From NCBI GenBank assembly GCA_025774115.1, contig JALGWN010000011.1, positions 1 to 43,902 on the forward strand: a stretch of DNA of 43,902 nucleotides, read 5' to 3'. Position numbers and translations under genes: made by a program. Below, in pieces: positions 27,027 through 37,295 of this stretch; positions within the stretch are counted from its first letter, which is position 1, and the number at the start of each line of letters is the position of its first letter. Origin of the DNA: a bacterium (lineage in GTDB: Bacteria; Arandabacterota; Arandabacteria; Arandabacterales; Arandabacteraceae). Under the pieces are notes generated by a model. That model saw only the letters and a program-made list of their open reading frames with translations. It searched no databases and was not told where the DNA came from.

Positions 27027-28970
27027 CTACTCTTCGTAGCGGCCGCCCACATGCTCGCTCAGGAACTTCTCGACGGCGGCATAGAACTTGATTCTGTTAG
27101 CTTCGATAAGCAAGCCATGGCCCTCGTCTTCGAAAACCATATATTCGTAATCGATACCTCTCTCCCGCATTGCTTCTACTATCTGCTCGCTTTCTGAGGC
27201 CTTGATTCTGACATCGTTGGCACCCTGGGCTATGAGCATCGGGATCTCGATGGCGTCCACCTTGAAAAGAGGCGACCGGGACTCGAGGAAATCAGCCTCG
27301 GTCTCGGGGTTACCGACGCGCTCATACATCAGGCTCAGCAATGGGGTCCAATAGGGTGGTATCGTCTCTATGAAGGTGATGAGATTGCTCGGCCCCATCG
27401 CAGCCACGGCACAAGCGAATACGTCGGGTGTGAAGGTGGCGCCAACGAGCGCTGCATAGCCACCGTAGGAGCCGCCGTAGATCGCGATCTTCTCCGGGTC
27501 GACCAGGCCCTGCTCGACGGTCCAGTTAACACCGTCGATAAGATCGTCATGCATCCTGCCGCCCCACTCCTTGTTGCCCGCATTGAGATAGTCCTTGCCG
27601 TAGCCTGTCGAGCCCCTGAAGTTGATCTGCAGACAGATGTAGCCACGGTTCGCCATCCACTGAGCCTCCGGATTGTAGCCCCAGGTGTCCCTGTGCCACG
27701 GGCCTCCGTGCACTAAGAGGACCATCGGGAGGCCGGCTCTTTCGAGCCCCGGAGGGTAGGTGATGTAACCGTGGATCGTCATCCCGTCCCGGGCCGTATA
27801 AGAAACCGGCTCCATAGGGGCAAGCGTGTATTCATTGAGACTGGGTCTGTGGAAAAAGAGGAAAGTGCCCTTCTTGGTCTCGCGGTCATAGGTGTAGTAG
27901 GATACCGGGCCGTCGTCTTTGGTGAATCCCACAATCCAGGTCTTGGATTCGTTGTCCCTGCTGGTTATGAAAAGATCCCCTTCGTCCAGCTTCCATAGCG
28001 CCTCGAAGTCCGCAGCAAGGGTCTCGTCCAGTATCCTCCATTCATCCCTTTCCTTGACCACCACCACCGCCTGCGGCTCGTAGGTGTCCTTGTCGAACAT
28101 CACGTTGCCCACGTCGTATTGCGGATCGGATGCAATGACCTTGACCACCTCACCCGTTGCGGCATCGGCTTTGACCAGTTGTCCTGCATTGGCCTCTCTC
28201 GAGTCGGTCATATAGACAAAAGCCCCATCCCTGGAGAAGCTGATCGGGTAGCTGGAAAGCGCATCTTCCGCACCCCACTCTATGAAGGGCCGCCAATCCG
28301 CGGTCTCATCGTCACGGATCATGAACATGAATCCGCCCTCAGGTGTGGGGGCTATACCGCCGCGGATCGTCATGTCCCTGTCTGCCAGCCATTCGACGAA
28401 GTTGCCCGGGTTCTTGGCTATCATCTCCAGATCCCCGGTGGTGAGATCCAGATGGTATACATCGTGCAACCGGACATCGTCTTTGTTCATCGATATCAGG
28501 AGATCGTTGGGGAAGTTCTTGTCCCATACCACGATATGTACCTGAACATCTTCATAGGGGGTGAAATCCTGTACTTGTCCGGTCTCAAGGTGTACCGAAT
28601 AGAGCCGCCAGTTCTCGTTTCCGCCGGCATCCTGAAGGTAGAGTACGCGTTCGCTTCCGGGTCCCCAGATATAGCGGACAATGCTCCGTTCGGTGTCGCT
28701 TGTGACGGGTCGATCATCATCTTTGCCGATGGTCTTCACCCAGACATTGAGCATGTCATCGACGGGGGCAAGGTATGCAAGCATCTTGCCGTCCGGTGAA
28801 ACGGTGGCTCTTGCCTTTTCCGGATTACCGAAGACCACATCTCTCGGTATGAGCTTCGGTAGCCCTTGTTTCTGGGCGCAACCGCCGATAGCCGCCAGTG
28901 TCAAACCAAAAGCCAACAGCAAGACGATCCATGTCACTACCATACGAGACATCACAATCTCCTTTCCCAT
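27027..28970 (-). CDS. S9 family peptidase (acylaminoacyl/dipeptidyl peptidase), probable lipoprotein
   Basis: IGGC lipobox, beta-propeller, HGGP, GGSYGG, GANDVR, EGHG. Confidence 0.92.
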   Translation of the reverse strand: MGKEIVMSRMVVTWIVLLLAFGLTLAAIGGCAQKQGLPKLIPRDVVFGNPEKARATVSPDGKMLAYLAPVDDMLNVWVKTIGKDDDRPVTSDTERSIVRYIWGPGSERVLYLQDAGGNENWRLYSVHLETGQVQDFTPYEDVQVHIVVWDKNFPNDLLISMNKDDVRLHDVYHLDLTTGDLEMIAKNPGNFVEWLADRDMTIRGGIAPTPEGGFMFMIRDDETADWRPFIEWGAEDALSSYPISFSRDGAFVYMTDSREANAGQLVKADAATGEVVKVIASDPQYDVGNVMFDKDTYEPQAVVVVKERDEWRILDETLAADFEALWKLDEGDLFITSRDNESKTWIVGFTKDDGPVSYYTYDRETKKGTFLFFHRPSLNEYTLAPMEPVSYTARDGMTIHGYITYPPGLERAGLPMVLLVHGGPWHRDTWGYNPEAQWMANRGYICLQINFRGSTGYGKDYLNAGNKEWGGRMHDDLIDGVNWTVEQGLVDPEKIAIYGGSYGGYAALVGATFTPDVFACAVAAMGPSNLITFIETIPPYWTPLLSLMYERVGNPETEADFLESRSPLFKVDAIEIPMLIAQGANDVRIKASESEQIVEAMRERGIDYEYMVFEDEGHGLLIEANRIKFYAAVEKFLSEHVGGRYEE

Positions 28971-29000
28971 ACAGGGGTATACGACACGCGGTGGAGCCCT

Positions 29001-29047
29001 CTAGCCCGGATTATTCACAAGCCCTCTGCTGCGGCGTCGTATCTGCC
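29001..29047. repeat. Truncated left end of the 37294 MITE family
   Basis: 47 bp nearly identical to 37294-37340, beginning CTAGCCCGGATTATTCACAAGCC. Confidence 0.8.
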
Positions 29048-29117
29048 GACGCCAAGCTTCAAACGTTGTGCAAGATCATGCCAGCAATGCCGGGCTAAGG
29101 CAACACAAAAAGAGAGA

Positions 29118-30239
29118 TTATCGATCCAGAAACTCGTCATAGATCTTCTCGAGCTCTCCGAGGATCTTTTCGGGCGAATAGTGCTCCACTGCTTCTCTCC
29201 GTGCGCTTGCTCCCAGGGTTCTTCTCCGGTCGGGATCATCCATTAGGGCCAGGACAGCCCCCACCAAGCCTGCTCTGTCACCCGGCTCGACCAGCATGCC
29301 TTCCTGGAGGTGCACTATCGTATCGGGGATACCCCCCACCGAAGTGGAGACCACGGCCCTGGCCGACATCATGGCCTCTATGAGGGTAAGCGGCAGACCC
29401 TCCCTCTTGGACGTTATGAGGTATAGATCCATCGCGGCCATGAGGTCGGGAATATCGGTCCGCTTTCCCAAAAAGAGCACCTTGCCGGCAAGCCCCCTGG
29501 ATTCTGCAAGATCTCTTAAGTTCCTACCGAGAGGCCCCTCCCCTACCACAACAAACCGGGCATCAGATCTCTGCGCGCACACGTCCTCGGCTACTTCAAG
29601 CAGGAGGTCGTAAGCCTTGGCATCGACAAGCCTTCCCACAGTCCCTATGACGAAGTTGTCTTGGACACCGAGTTCTCTCCTTCGCGCTGCCCGCACGTCA
29701 TCCCCGATCTCAAAAGCCCGTGGATCGACTGCATTGTGAACGAGGCGTATCTTGGATGGGGGTGTGTGCTCGCACTTGAGTCTAAGGCTCAGGATGTCCC
29801 GGGACACGGCGATCCTCAAGTCTGTCACCGGCAGAGCCATTCTCTCCAGCAGATTGTGGTACCACTTCTTCCATAAGGTCTTACCGTGCTCATGGGTTAT
29901 CATGACAGGGGTACCGGCAAGAAGGCCGGCAAGCCTTCCCACGAGGCCCGAGACAAAGAGATGTGTATGAAGCACCTTCACTCTGTGGCGTCTGAGGAGG
30001 CGGGACAATCTCCAGATCGATGAGCATGTGTAGCGCTTGCGGTAACCCAGCTCCCAGACCGGGACCCCCGCCCGCTCCACGTCCGCGGCGAATTCTCCGC
30101 GCCTTGCCAGACAGCATATCCCGTATCTCAGGCGGCTTGCCGCCATCGATGGGGCGAGGTAGTATAGGTTGCGCTCGGCACCGCCCGGAGATAGCGCGCC
30201 TATGAGGTGAAGTACATCAATCTCCCGAGGATCGGCCAT
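29118..30239 (-). CDS. GT4 family glycosyltransferase
   Basis: GGAE, VGRL..K, EGLPLTLIEAM. Confidence 0.92.
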   Translation of the reverse strand: MADPREIDVLHLIGALSPGGAERNLYYLAPSMAASRLRYGICCLARRGEFAADVERAGVPVWELGYRKRYTCSSIWRLSRLLRRHRVKVLHTHLFVSGLVGRLAGLLAGTPVMITHEHGKTLWKKWYHNLLERMALPVTDLRIAVSRDILSLRLKCEHTPPSKIRLVHNAVDPRAFEIGDDVRAARRRELGVQDNFVIGTVGRLVDAKAYDLLLEVAEDVCAQRSDARFVVVGEGPLGRNLRDLAESRGLAGKVLFLGKRTDIPDLMAAMDLYLITSKREGLPLTLIEAMMSARAVVSTSVGGIPDTIVHLQEGMLVEPGDRAGLVGAVLALMDDPDRRRTLGASARREAVEHYSPEKILGELEKIYDEFLDR

Positions 30240-30247
30240 CGCGGTCC

Positions 30248-32728
30248 TTATGAGACGACGAAGCTAATCAGCTTGTCCTCAACGTAGATGGATTTCCTGA
30301 TGGATTTGCCTTCGAGCCACTTGCCGCCAGACGGGTCCTGCTTTGCCAGCTCCTCAACCTCTTCCTTGCCGGCTCCGGCCGGGACTTCGATATTGGCCCT
30401 TACCTTTCCGTTCACCTGGACCACCACGGTAACCAGATCGGTCTTTAAGATCTCCTTACTCCACTCGGGGAAAGGAACCTCGAAGATGCTGGGCTTATGA
30501 CCGAGCAACGTCCACATCTCCTCACAGACATATGGAATCATCGGCGCCAGCAGATTGACGGCGGTCTCCGCGCATGCCTTCAAGACATCGGCGGTATCGT
30601 CCGAAGGCGGGGCCTCTTCGGTCTCGGGCCAATACCGGTACATCTCGTTTACCAGCTCCATCACCGCGCTTATGGCCGTGTTGAAGTGGAATCTCTCACC
30701 GATATCCTCCAAGACCTTCCTGGCGGCCCAGTGGGACTTGCGGAGCAGCGCGAGGTTTTCTTCGGAGAGCCTGTCGGGGTCCGGCGGGCCCGGTCTTGTT
30801 CTCAGGGCCGAAACCCTGTCGACCATGCGCCAGAGCCTGTTTATGAAGCGAACGGCGCCCTCTACACCTTTGTTTTTCCATTCGACGTCTTTCTCGGGCG
30901 GCCCCACGAAGAGGGTCGACAGCCGCACTGCGTCGGTTCCGACCTTCGCAATGAGATCGTCCGCCGAGACTGTGTTGCCCTTACTTTTGGACATCTTGGC
31001 CCCGTCCTTACAGATCATACCCTGTGTGAAGAGGCTCTCGAAAGGCTCTCGACACGCAATGAGACCCATGTCGGCTATGACCCTGGCAACAAAACGCGAG
31101 TAAAGCAGATGAAGTATGGCATGCTCGACCCCGCCGATATACATATCGACCGGAAGCCACTCCGCCGCCTCCTTGATACCGAAGGGATGCTCCTCCTTGT
31201 GAGGCGTAAGATAACGGAGATAATACCAGGTTGAGTCGACAAAGGTATCCATGGTATCGGTTTCACGCCTGGCCGGGCCTCCGCACCGGGGACAGGAGGT
31301 CTCAACGAATTCCCTTACCCCCGCAAGAGGCGATTCCCCGGTGGGTTTAAACTCCTCGACATCGGGCAGGAGCACGGGAAGATCCTCTTCCGGAACCTCC
31401 ACGATGCCGCAGGTCTCGCAGTATACGATGGGAATAGGAGTGCCCCAGTAACGCTGGCGCGAGATCAACCAGTCTCTCAGGCGATACCGTACGGTACGCT
31501 TACCCTTCCCCTCCTCTTCCATGTGATCGGCAATTCCGGCCATCGCCTCCCGGTTACCGATTCCGTCAAAGGGACCGGAGTTTACCTGGATGCCGTCTCC
31601 CGTAAATGCCTCTTCAAGCAGGCCGGCATCCCGCAGCTTGCCGTCCGGGGATATCACGAGTCTTATGGGGAGGCCGTACTTCTTTGCAAACTCGAAGTCC
31701 CGCTGGTCATGAGCCGGGACCGCCATTATCGCTCCGGTTCCGTATCCACCCACGACATAGTCGGCTATCCACAGAGGTATGCGCTCGTCGTTCATGGGAT
31801 TGATGAGGTACTTGCCTGTAAAGACACCCTCTTTCTCGGTATCGTCCGGCTGCTTCTGGGCCGTCTTCGCCCTGGCTCCGGCCGCAAACTCAAGCACGGC
31901 AGCCTTCTCGGAGCTTCCTTCGAGGATGGCCTCCAGATCCGGATGGTCGGGGGAGAGAACGGCATAGGTGGCCCCGTAGATGGTGTCCTGTCTGGTAGTG
32001 AAACAGGGCAGATCCCTGCCGTCATCCAGCTTGAAGAAGATATCCACGCCCTCGCTCCGCCCTATCCAGTTGCGCTGCATCATACGCACGCGTTCGGGCC
32101 AGGCGTCCAGGGTCTCCACATCTTTCCACAGTTCCTCGGCATAATCGGTGATCCGGAAGAACCACTGCTCCAGCCGCTTCATATCGGCAGGCGTGTCACA
32201 GCGCTCGCAGAGACCCGCGACCACCTGCTCGTTGGCAAGTACGGTCGCGCAGGCCGGACACCAGTTGACGGCGGCCTCCTTCCGATAGGCCAGTCCCTTT
32301 CTATACATCCACAGGAAGAGAAGCTGCGTCCACTTGTAGTAGTCAGGTTTGCAGGTTGTGACCTCTCGCGGCCAGTCGAAGCCTATCCCCCATCCCTGGA
32401 GCTGCTCCCTCATACGCTCTATATTCTGAAAAGTCCAGTCACGTGGGTGTATCTTCTGCTTTATCGCGCAATTCTCCGCGGGGAGTCCGAAGGCATCCCA
32501 TCCGATGGGAAACATGACCTTGAAGCCTTCCTTGGTTTTCCAGCGCATCAGGGCATCGCCGAGAATGTAGTTCCGCCCATGGCCCACATGGAGATCCCCG
32601 GAGGGATAGGGAAACATCACCAGGCAGTAATACTTGGGCTTCTCGGGGTGCTTCTCGACACTGAAGGTCCCGTTCTCGTCCCAGTACTTCCGCCACCTTG
32701 CCTCGACGTCTTCAAAGTTGTAATCCAT
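30248..32728 (-). CDS. leuS: Leucine--tRNA ligase
   Basis: MFPYPSG.LHVGH, GTGAIMAVPAHDQRD, SRQRYWG, KMSKS, VQVNGK. Start may be 32746. Confidence 0.97.
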   Translation of the reverse strand: MDYNFEDVEARWRKYWDENGTFSVEKHPEKPKYYCLVMFPYPSGDLHVGHGRNYILGDALMRWKTKEGFKVMFPIGWDAFGLPAENCAIKQKIHPRDWTFQNIERMREQLQGWGIGFDWPREVTTCKPDYYKWTQLLFLWMYRKGLAYRKEAAVNWCPACATVLANEQVVAGLCERCDTPADMKRLEQWFFRITDYAEELWKDVETLDAWPERVRMMQRNWIGRSEGVDIFFKLDDGRDLPCFTTRQDTIYGATYAVLSPDHPDLEAILEGSSEKAAVLEFAAGARAKTAQKQPDDTEKEGVFTGKYLINPMNDERIPLWIADYVVGGYGTGAIMAVPAHDQRDFEFAKKYGLPIRLVISPDGKLRDAGLLEEAFTGDGIQVNSGPFDGIGNREAMAGIADHMEEEGKGKRTVRYRLRDWLISRQRYWGTPIPIVYCETCGIVEVPEEDLPVLLPDVEEFKPTGESPLAGVREFVETSCPRCGGPARRETDTMDTFVDSTWYYLRYLTPHKEEHPFGIKEAAEWLPVDMYIGGVEHAILHLLYSRFVARVIADMGLIACREPFESLFTQGMICKDGAKMSKSKGNTVSADDLIAKVGTDAVRLSTLFVGPPEKDVEWKNKGVEGAVRFINRLWRMVDRVSALRTRPGPPDPDRLSEENLALLRKSHWAARKVLEDIGERFHFNTAISAVMELVNEMYRYWPETEEAPPSDDTADVLKACAETAVNLLAPMIPYVCEEMWTLLGHKPSIFEVPFPEWSKEILKTDLVTVVVQVNGKVRANIEVPAGAGKEEVEELAKQDPSGGKWLEGKSIRKSIYVEDKLISFVVS

Positions 32729-32792
32729 CGCCTGTACCTGCCTCAAGGAGCGTAAACGGTTGGAAAGAATTTACATGCTCGCCACGAGAGTG

Positions 32793-33728
32793 TCAAGGCA
32801 TGTTCTTGCGGCTTTCAAGGTACGAGTATGCCGAGATGGCCGCCAATGCTCCTTCACCGGCTGCGGTCACAACCTGCTTCAGGATCTTCTGTCTCACATC
32901 TCCGGCTGCAAAGACACCCGGCACCGAGGTCCGGAGGTCCGGATCGGTCACAAGAAAGCCGCTCTCGCTGCGTCGGAACTCCTCTCCGAGGAAACCCACG
33001 CTCGGGTCGTAGCCAACGTACATGAATATGCCCTCGGCGGCGATAAGGCTCTCCTCGCCTGTGGCCTTGTCCTTGACCAGGATGCCGGTCGCCTCCTCCG
33101 TGCCCTCTATCTTCTGAATCGCCTTGTTGAGCACAAGCTCGATCTTGGGATTGGCCCGGACCTCATCCTGGAGCGCCACCGCACCCCTTAGCTCATCCCG
33201 CCTGTGGATTACAACGACGCGGCTTGAAAAGCGTGTGAGGAAAAGGGCTTCCTGAAGTGCTGAATCCCCCCCGCCTATCACTGCGGTGACCTTGTCTTTG
33301 TAGAGGGGCCCGTCGCACAAGGCACAGTATGAGACTCCTCTCCCCGTGAGCTCGGCCTCACCGGGCACGCCCAACTTTCTGGGGACCGAACCCGCCGCTA
33401 TAATGGCCGCCCGGGCGGTGAAAGTGCGGTCTTTCACCGTGGCATGGATCGTCTCATTCTCCCTCCAGAGGCGGTCGATTGTGGCCGGCTCCATTACCGC
33501 CCCGAAGCGCTTCGCCTGCTCCTCCATAAGCCGGCCGAGCTCCATGCCCGAGATGCCCTCGGGAAAACCCGGATAGTTGTCTATCCGGTCGGTCATGGTG
33601 GCAAGCCCTCCCGGAACTCCCTTCTCGTAAACGACTGTCTTGAGCCCGCTTCTTGCGGCATAGATGGCGGCTGTAAGCCCCGCCGGTCCCGCCCCGACTA
33701 TAAGCACATCGATTCCGTCCATTACCAT
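32793..33728 (-). CDS. trxB: Thioredoxin-disulfide reductase
   Basis: GAGPAG, GVSYCALCDG, GGGDSA, FAAGD. Confidence 0.93.
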   Translation of the reverse strand: MVMDGIDVLIVGAGPAGLTAAIYAARSGLKTVVYEKGVPGGLATMTDRIDNYPGFPEGISGMELGRLMEEQAKRFGAVMEPATIDRLWRENETIHATVKDRTFTARAAIIAAGSVPRKLGVPGEAELTGRGVSYCALCDGPLYKDKVTAVIGGGDSALQEALFLTRFSSRVVVIHRRDELRGAVALQDEVRANPKIELVLNKAIQKIEGTEEATGILVKDKATGEESLIAAEGIFMYVGYDPSVGFLGEEFRRSESGFLVTDPDLRTSVPGVFAAGDVRQKILKQVVTAAGEGALAAISAYSYLESRKNMP

Positions 33729-34228
33729 CCCTCTAAGGTCCTCGACATCATATCGCCCGCGAGGGTCTCTATCGCGGTCAGGAGGGCTTCTCTCTCTCCC
33801 CCCTCAACCTCACCGGCCGTATAGGATTCCCAGGCTCTGAACTCACCCTCTTTCCAAAGGATCTTGCCGTTGCGAAGATCCTCGAACTCTACCGACACCG
33901 TGATCTCTATCTTGAACTCATCCACAGTCTGAGCCCTGTCGAAAGTCAGGGCACCCTTCTGATAGCCGACTATGACCCCTCGCAGCATTGCATCCGCCTC
34001 GCCCTCGGAGACCACTGACAATCTGTTGTCGTTCGTGAAGGCCTCTACAACCAGTGATGTCAGGTCCTGTTCGATACCGTACCGCGTGGTTTCGTTCTCG
34101 AAGGTGGGAATGTAGATCTTCTTAATGTGGCCCGGAAGAAGTGAGCCCGCTTTGTAACCGCAAGCGAGAGAAAGAACGACAGCGATTGCCGCAAGATACC
34201 TACGTTGGACTATCGCTTTCCTTGGCAC
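33722..34228 (-). CDS. LptE-like lipoprotein
   Basis: Lipobox LSLACGY, LP..IK.IYIP.FEN.T, ILW, ends EGW. GTG 34228 start inferred (track starts at 34318). Confidence 0.7.
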   Translation of the reverse strand: MPRKAIVQRRYLAAIAVVLSLACGYKAGSLLPGHIKKIYIPTFENETTRYGIEQDLTSLVVEAFTNDNRLSVVSEGEADAMLRGVIVGYQKGALTFDRAQTVDEFKIEITVSVEFEDLRNGKILWKEGEFRAWESYTAGEVEGGEREALLTAIETLAGDMMSRTLEGW

Positions 34229-35621
34229 CGACTGTAAGCCCCAGTCCTTTGATCTTGTACCGAAGTTTGTCCCTGCTGATTCCAAGAAGCCTCGCCGCCA
34301 GGCTCTGATTGTAATCACTTTGCCTAAGGGCAGTTGTAATCAGATCCCTTTCAATATCACATATGAGTCCGTCGAAATCAATACCGTTGTCGGGTATGCC
34401 CCCGGCTATGGCGTCTTCCACCTCGCCGAGAGTTGTGTTACTCCCGGTACCGCCGAGATCTCCCAGGGAGAGGTGTTCGGACTCGATTCGGTCTCCCTCG
34501 AAAAGGAGCACCGCCCGCTCGATCACATTCTTAAGTTCCCGAACATTGCCGGGCCACGCGTGGTTTTGCATCAGCCTCAGAGCTTCGTCGGAGAAATCAT
34601 TGAAGTCTTTGGAGAAAGCCGTGTTGTACTGGTTGAGGAAATGTTTCCCCAGGAGTTCGATGTCCTCTCTTCTCTCCCTGAGTGGCGGGATCAGGAGAGG
34701 CACGACCTTGAGTCTGTAATAGAGGTCCTCTCTGAAGGCACCGTCCTTGACGGCCTTCGTGAGATCTCGGTTGGTTGCGGAGACAAGCCTGAGGTCCACG
34801 TTTATGTCCCTGGTTCCCCCTACCCGTTTGAATGTCATCCTTTCCATCACACGGAGGAGCTTCGCCTGTATGGTGGGACTCATCTCCCCCACCTCATCCA
34901 GAAACACAGTCCCCCCGTCGGCCAGCTCGAAGAGGCCCTGCTTCTGGGTCTTGGCATCGGTGAAGGCTCCCTTCTCATGCCCGAAAAGCTCGCTCTCCAG
35001 AAGATGTTCGGGGAGCGATGCACAGTTTATCTCCATAAAGGGTTTGTCTCTCCTGGGGCTCAGCCTGTGTACCATGTTTGCGATAAGTTCCTTGCCCGTT
35101 CCGCTTTCCCCCTCGATCAGCACGGTCGTCGTGCTACTCTTCGCGAGGTTCTCCACCATGTTCACCAGATCCTGCATAGCTTTACTCGTACCGACAATGA
35201 AATCGAAGTCGAATCGCAGACGCTCCTTCTGCCGCCAGTGTGCGATCTCCAGCCACAGCTTCTTGGATTCGAGGGCCCTATTGAGACTCAGTATCAGATG
35301 GTCGAGATCGATAGGTTTGGGGATGTAGTCGAATGCACCCGCTTTCATGGCTTTCACGGCCGAAGAGATCTCTCCGTATGCGGTAATCATGATCACGATC
35401 GTCTGCTTCTCGATCTCTTTGACTCGCTTCAAGACCTCCAAACCGTTCATACCCGGTAGTTTGAGGTCGAGGACGACCGCCTCGGGCTGGTCCGCCCCGA
35501 AGAGCTCCAGAGCCCTCTCCCCGCTCGGTGCCGGAGTGACTATGTGGCCCTCGTCTTCCAGGGCCCGTGTTACGAAGTGCCTGATGGTATCCTGATCGTC
35601 AACCACCAATATCCGTGCCAT
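34200..35621 (-). CDS. Sigma54-dependent response regulator (NtrC/AtoC family)
   Basis: Canonical REC (VVDD, LDLKLP, TAY, KP), GESGTGKE, GAFTDA, WPGNVREL, HTH. Confidence 0.93.
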   Translation of the reverse strand: MARILVVDDQDTIRHFVTRALEDEGHIVTPAPSGERALELFGADQPEAVVLDLKLPGMNGLEVLKRVKEIEKQTIVIMITAYGEISSAVKAMKAGAFDYIPKPIDLDHLILSLNRALESKKLWLEIAHWRQKERLRFDFDFIVGTSKAMQDLVNMVENLAKSSTTTVLIEGESGTGKELIANMVHRLSPRRDKPFMEINCASLPEHLLESELFGHEKGAFTDAKTQKQGLFELADGGTVFLDEVGEMSPTIQAKLLRVMERMTFKRVGGTRDINVDLRLVSATNRDLTKAVKDGAFREDLYYRLKVVPLLIPPLRERREDIELLGKHFLNQYNTAFSKDFNDFSDEALRLMQNHAWPGNVRELKNVIERAVLLFEGDRIESEHLSLGDLGGTGSNTTLGEVEDAIAGGIPDNGIDFDGLICDIERDLITTALRQSDYNQSLAARLLGISRDKLRYKIKGLGLTVGAKESDSPT

Positions 35622-35623
35622 TC

Positions 35624-37192
35624 CTACCTCCCGGTGGGAAGCTCGATCACGAAGGATGTGCCCCCGCCTTCAGGGGCTTCGACCCTGATGCTTCCCCCAT
35701 GTTCGTCCACAATTCTCTGGCTTATGCAAAGCCCGAGTCCCGAACCTCGATCCTTGGTGCTGTAGAACGGTTCGAAGATCTTCTCCCTCTCCTCAAGGCC
35801 TATCCCCGCACCCTGGTCGGTGACGCGGACGCCCGCCTTGGAATCCTCTAGAAATGTCTCTATCCGGAGAGTCCCTCCTTCCGGGCTGGCTTCGATCGCA
35901 TTCTTGAAGATGTTTATGAAGACCTGCTGAAGGCGGTCAGGGTCTGCTTCCAGCTCCGGCACAGCCTTAGCGAGGTCTTGTGATACCGCGAGGCGCTTCT
36001 TGGTAATATCCTCACTCAGACAGATGAGGCTTCTTCCGACTATATCGTTCAGGTCGACCTGCATTAGGGTCAACTGGGGCGGTTTGGCGGCCTTGTAGAG
36101 GTCGTCCACTATGCGGTTAAGCCGGTTTATCTCAGTCAGGATGAATTCCACCGTCTCGTCCTCTTTGATCCCGGGTTGGATCTTCTTGGCAAGGTACTGG
36201 ACCCCAGCCGCTATACCGGTGAGCGGGTTCTTGATCTCATGGGCGATACTCGATATGAAGCGGCTCAGGAGCTTGAGCCTCTCCCTGCGGTTCCGGACCT
36301 GGGAGGCGAAATCGCATTCCTTGACCACAACCATACAGCCCGGGTCGGACCCCGGCATCATGACCGGATAAGCCGCAATCTTGAGATTTTCCATCTCCGG
36401 CGTCGTGAGGTCTTTGGGTTTCACCGTGCTCCCACTCGCCTCCGTATCGAAGGAAGCCAGTTGCTGCCGAAGCCTCTCCATCACGTCGGCTTTGATTCCA
36501 TCGAAACCATTCCCGTCCTTCTCGATCAACCTTCCACTATCGTCTGCAAAACCAATGGAATAGCCTTCTTCCTTAAGAAGATCTCTAAGAATGCGCAGGG
36601 TTTCTCGGTCCTTCTGCCGGCCCTTCACGGCCAGAGAGAAACCTATTAGACCGGCCGCGAGCATGATCTTGAGCGGTAACGCAGACTCCCCGTCGGTCCC
36701 GGGATCCTCCGCGGCAAGCAGGAAACGCCCGTGGCAGTGCTTCTTGATCTCCTCGGCGGTCTCGGCCAGCGGCATGCTCGATATGGGAATGAAGACATAC
36801 GCAGCTACCGAATCCATCGGGATGAGATCGCACCACGCCCCATCCTTTGGGAACACCTCTTCTTTCGAGAATACCCTCGCCTTACCGGCAGCCGGTCGGG
36901 CCCGGTTTATGAGGCCGGCGATCGGGCCCTCGCCCTCGAGCCTTGGAACCGTGAGTTCTGAGGCAAGCCCGCCGCTCCCGGCAGCCTGGATCCCGGCCGC
37001 CTGCCCCGATGCATCCACATCTATAAGGGCGAGAAGGCTTATATCCAGCCGCTTTGCCAGGTAGAGCAGATATGAAGGAATGTCAGACGTCCCCTGGCTC
37101 TGCGAAGCAAAGAACTCCGCAAACTCCCGTTCACGGTTCTTCCTGGTGTCTTTGGTCTTCATAAGGCCCTTGATCCCCGGGATAGAAAGCAT
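35624..37192 (-). CDS. Sensor histidine kinase (NtrB-like core, unrecognised N-terminal input)
   Basis: AHEIKNPL, NIFKNAIEA, DQGAG, FEPFYSTK, GLGL. Confidence 0.9.
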   Translation of the reverse strand: MLSIPGIKGLMKTKDTRKNREREFAEFFASQSQGTSDIPSYLLYLAKRLDISLLALIDVDASGQAAGIQAAGSGGLASELTVPRLEGEGPIAGLINRARPAAGKARVFSKEEVFPKDGAWCDLIPMDSVAAYVFIPISSMPLAETAEEIKKHCHGRFLLAAEDPGTDGESALPLKIMLAAGLIGFSLAVKGRQKDRETLRILRDLLKEEGYSIGFADDSGRLIEKDGNGFDGIKADVMERLRQQLASFDTEASGSTVKPKDLTTPEMENLKIAAYPVMMPGSDPGCMVVVKECDFASQVRNRRERLKLLSRFISSIAHEIKNPLTGIAAGVQYLAKKIQPGIKEDETVEFILTEINRLNRIVDDLYKAAKPPQLTLMQVDLNDIVGRSLICLSEDITKKRLAVSQDLAKAVPELEADPDRLQQVFINIFKNAIEASPEGGTLRIETFLEDSKAGVRVTDQGAGIGLEEREKIFEPFYSTKDRGSGLGLCISQRIVDEHGGSIRVEAPEGGGTSFVIELPTGR

Positions 37193-37238
37193 GGTCTCCC
37201 TCTCAGTGTATGAACACAGATGTTCCTAACCTCCTTAT

Positions 37239-37266
37239 ATTTCGGCCATTCCAACGCTGTGCTTTA
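37239..37266 (-). promoter_or_regulatory. Putative sigma28 promoter for the kinase-activator operon
   Basis: TAAA-N16-GCCGAAAT on the minus strand, about 46 bp before the ATG. Confidence 0.55.
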
Positions 37267-37269
37267 GAA

Positions 37270-37295
37270 AGGGGTCAAGCCTGCGTTTGACCCCT
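37270..37295. repeat. GGGGTCA...TGACCCC hairpin
   Basis: AGGGGTCAAGCCTGCGTTTGACCCCT abutting the MITE end. Confidence 0.55.

Noticed and set aside
29069-29085. TGGCATGATCTTGCA on the minus strand as a sigma54 promoter for the S9 peptidase
   Set aside because: GG-to-GC spacing is 9 rather than the required 10.
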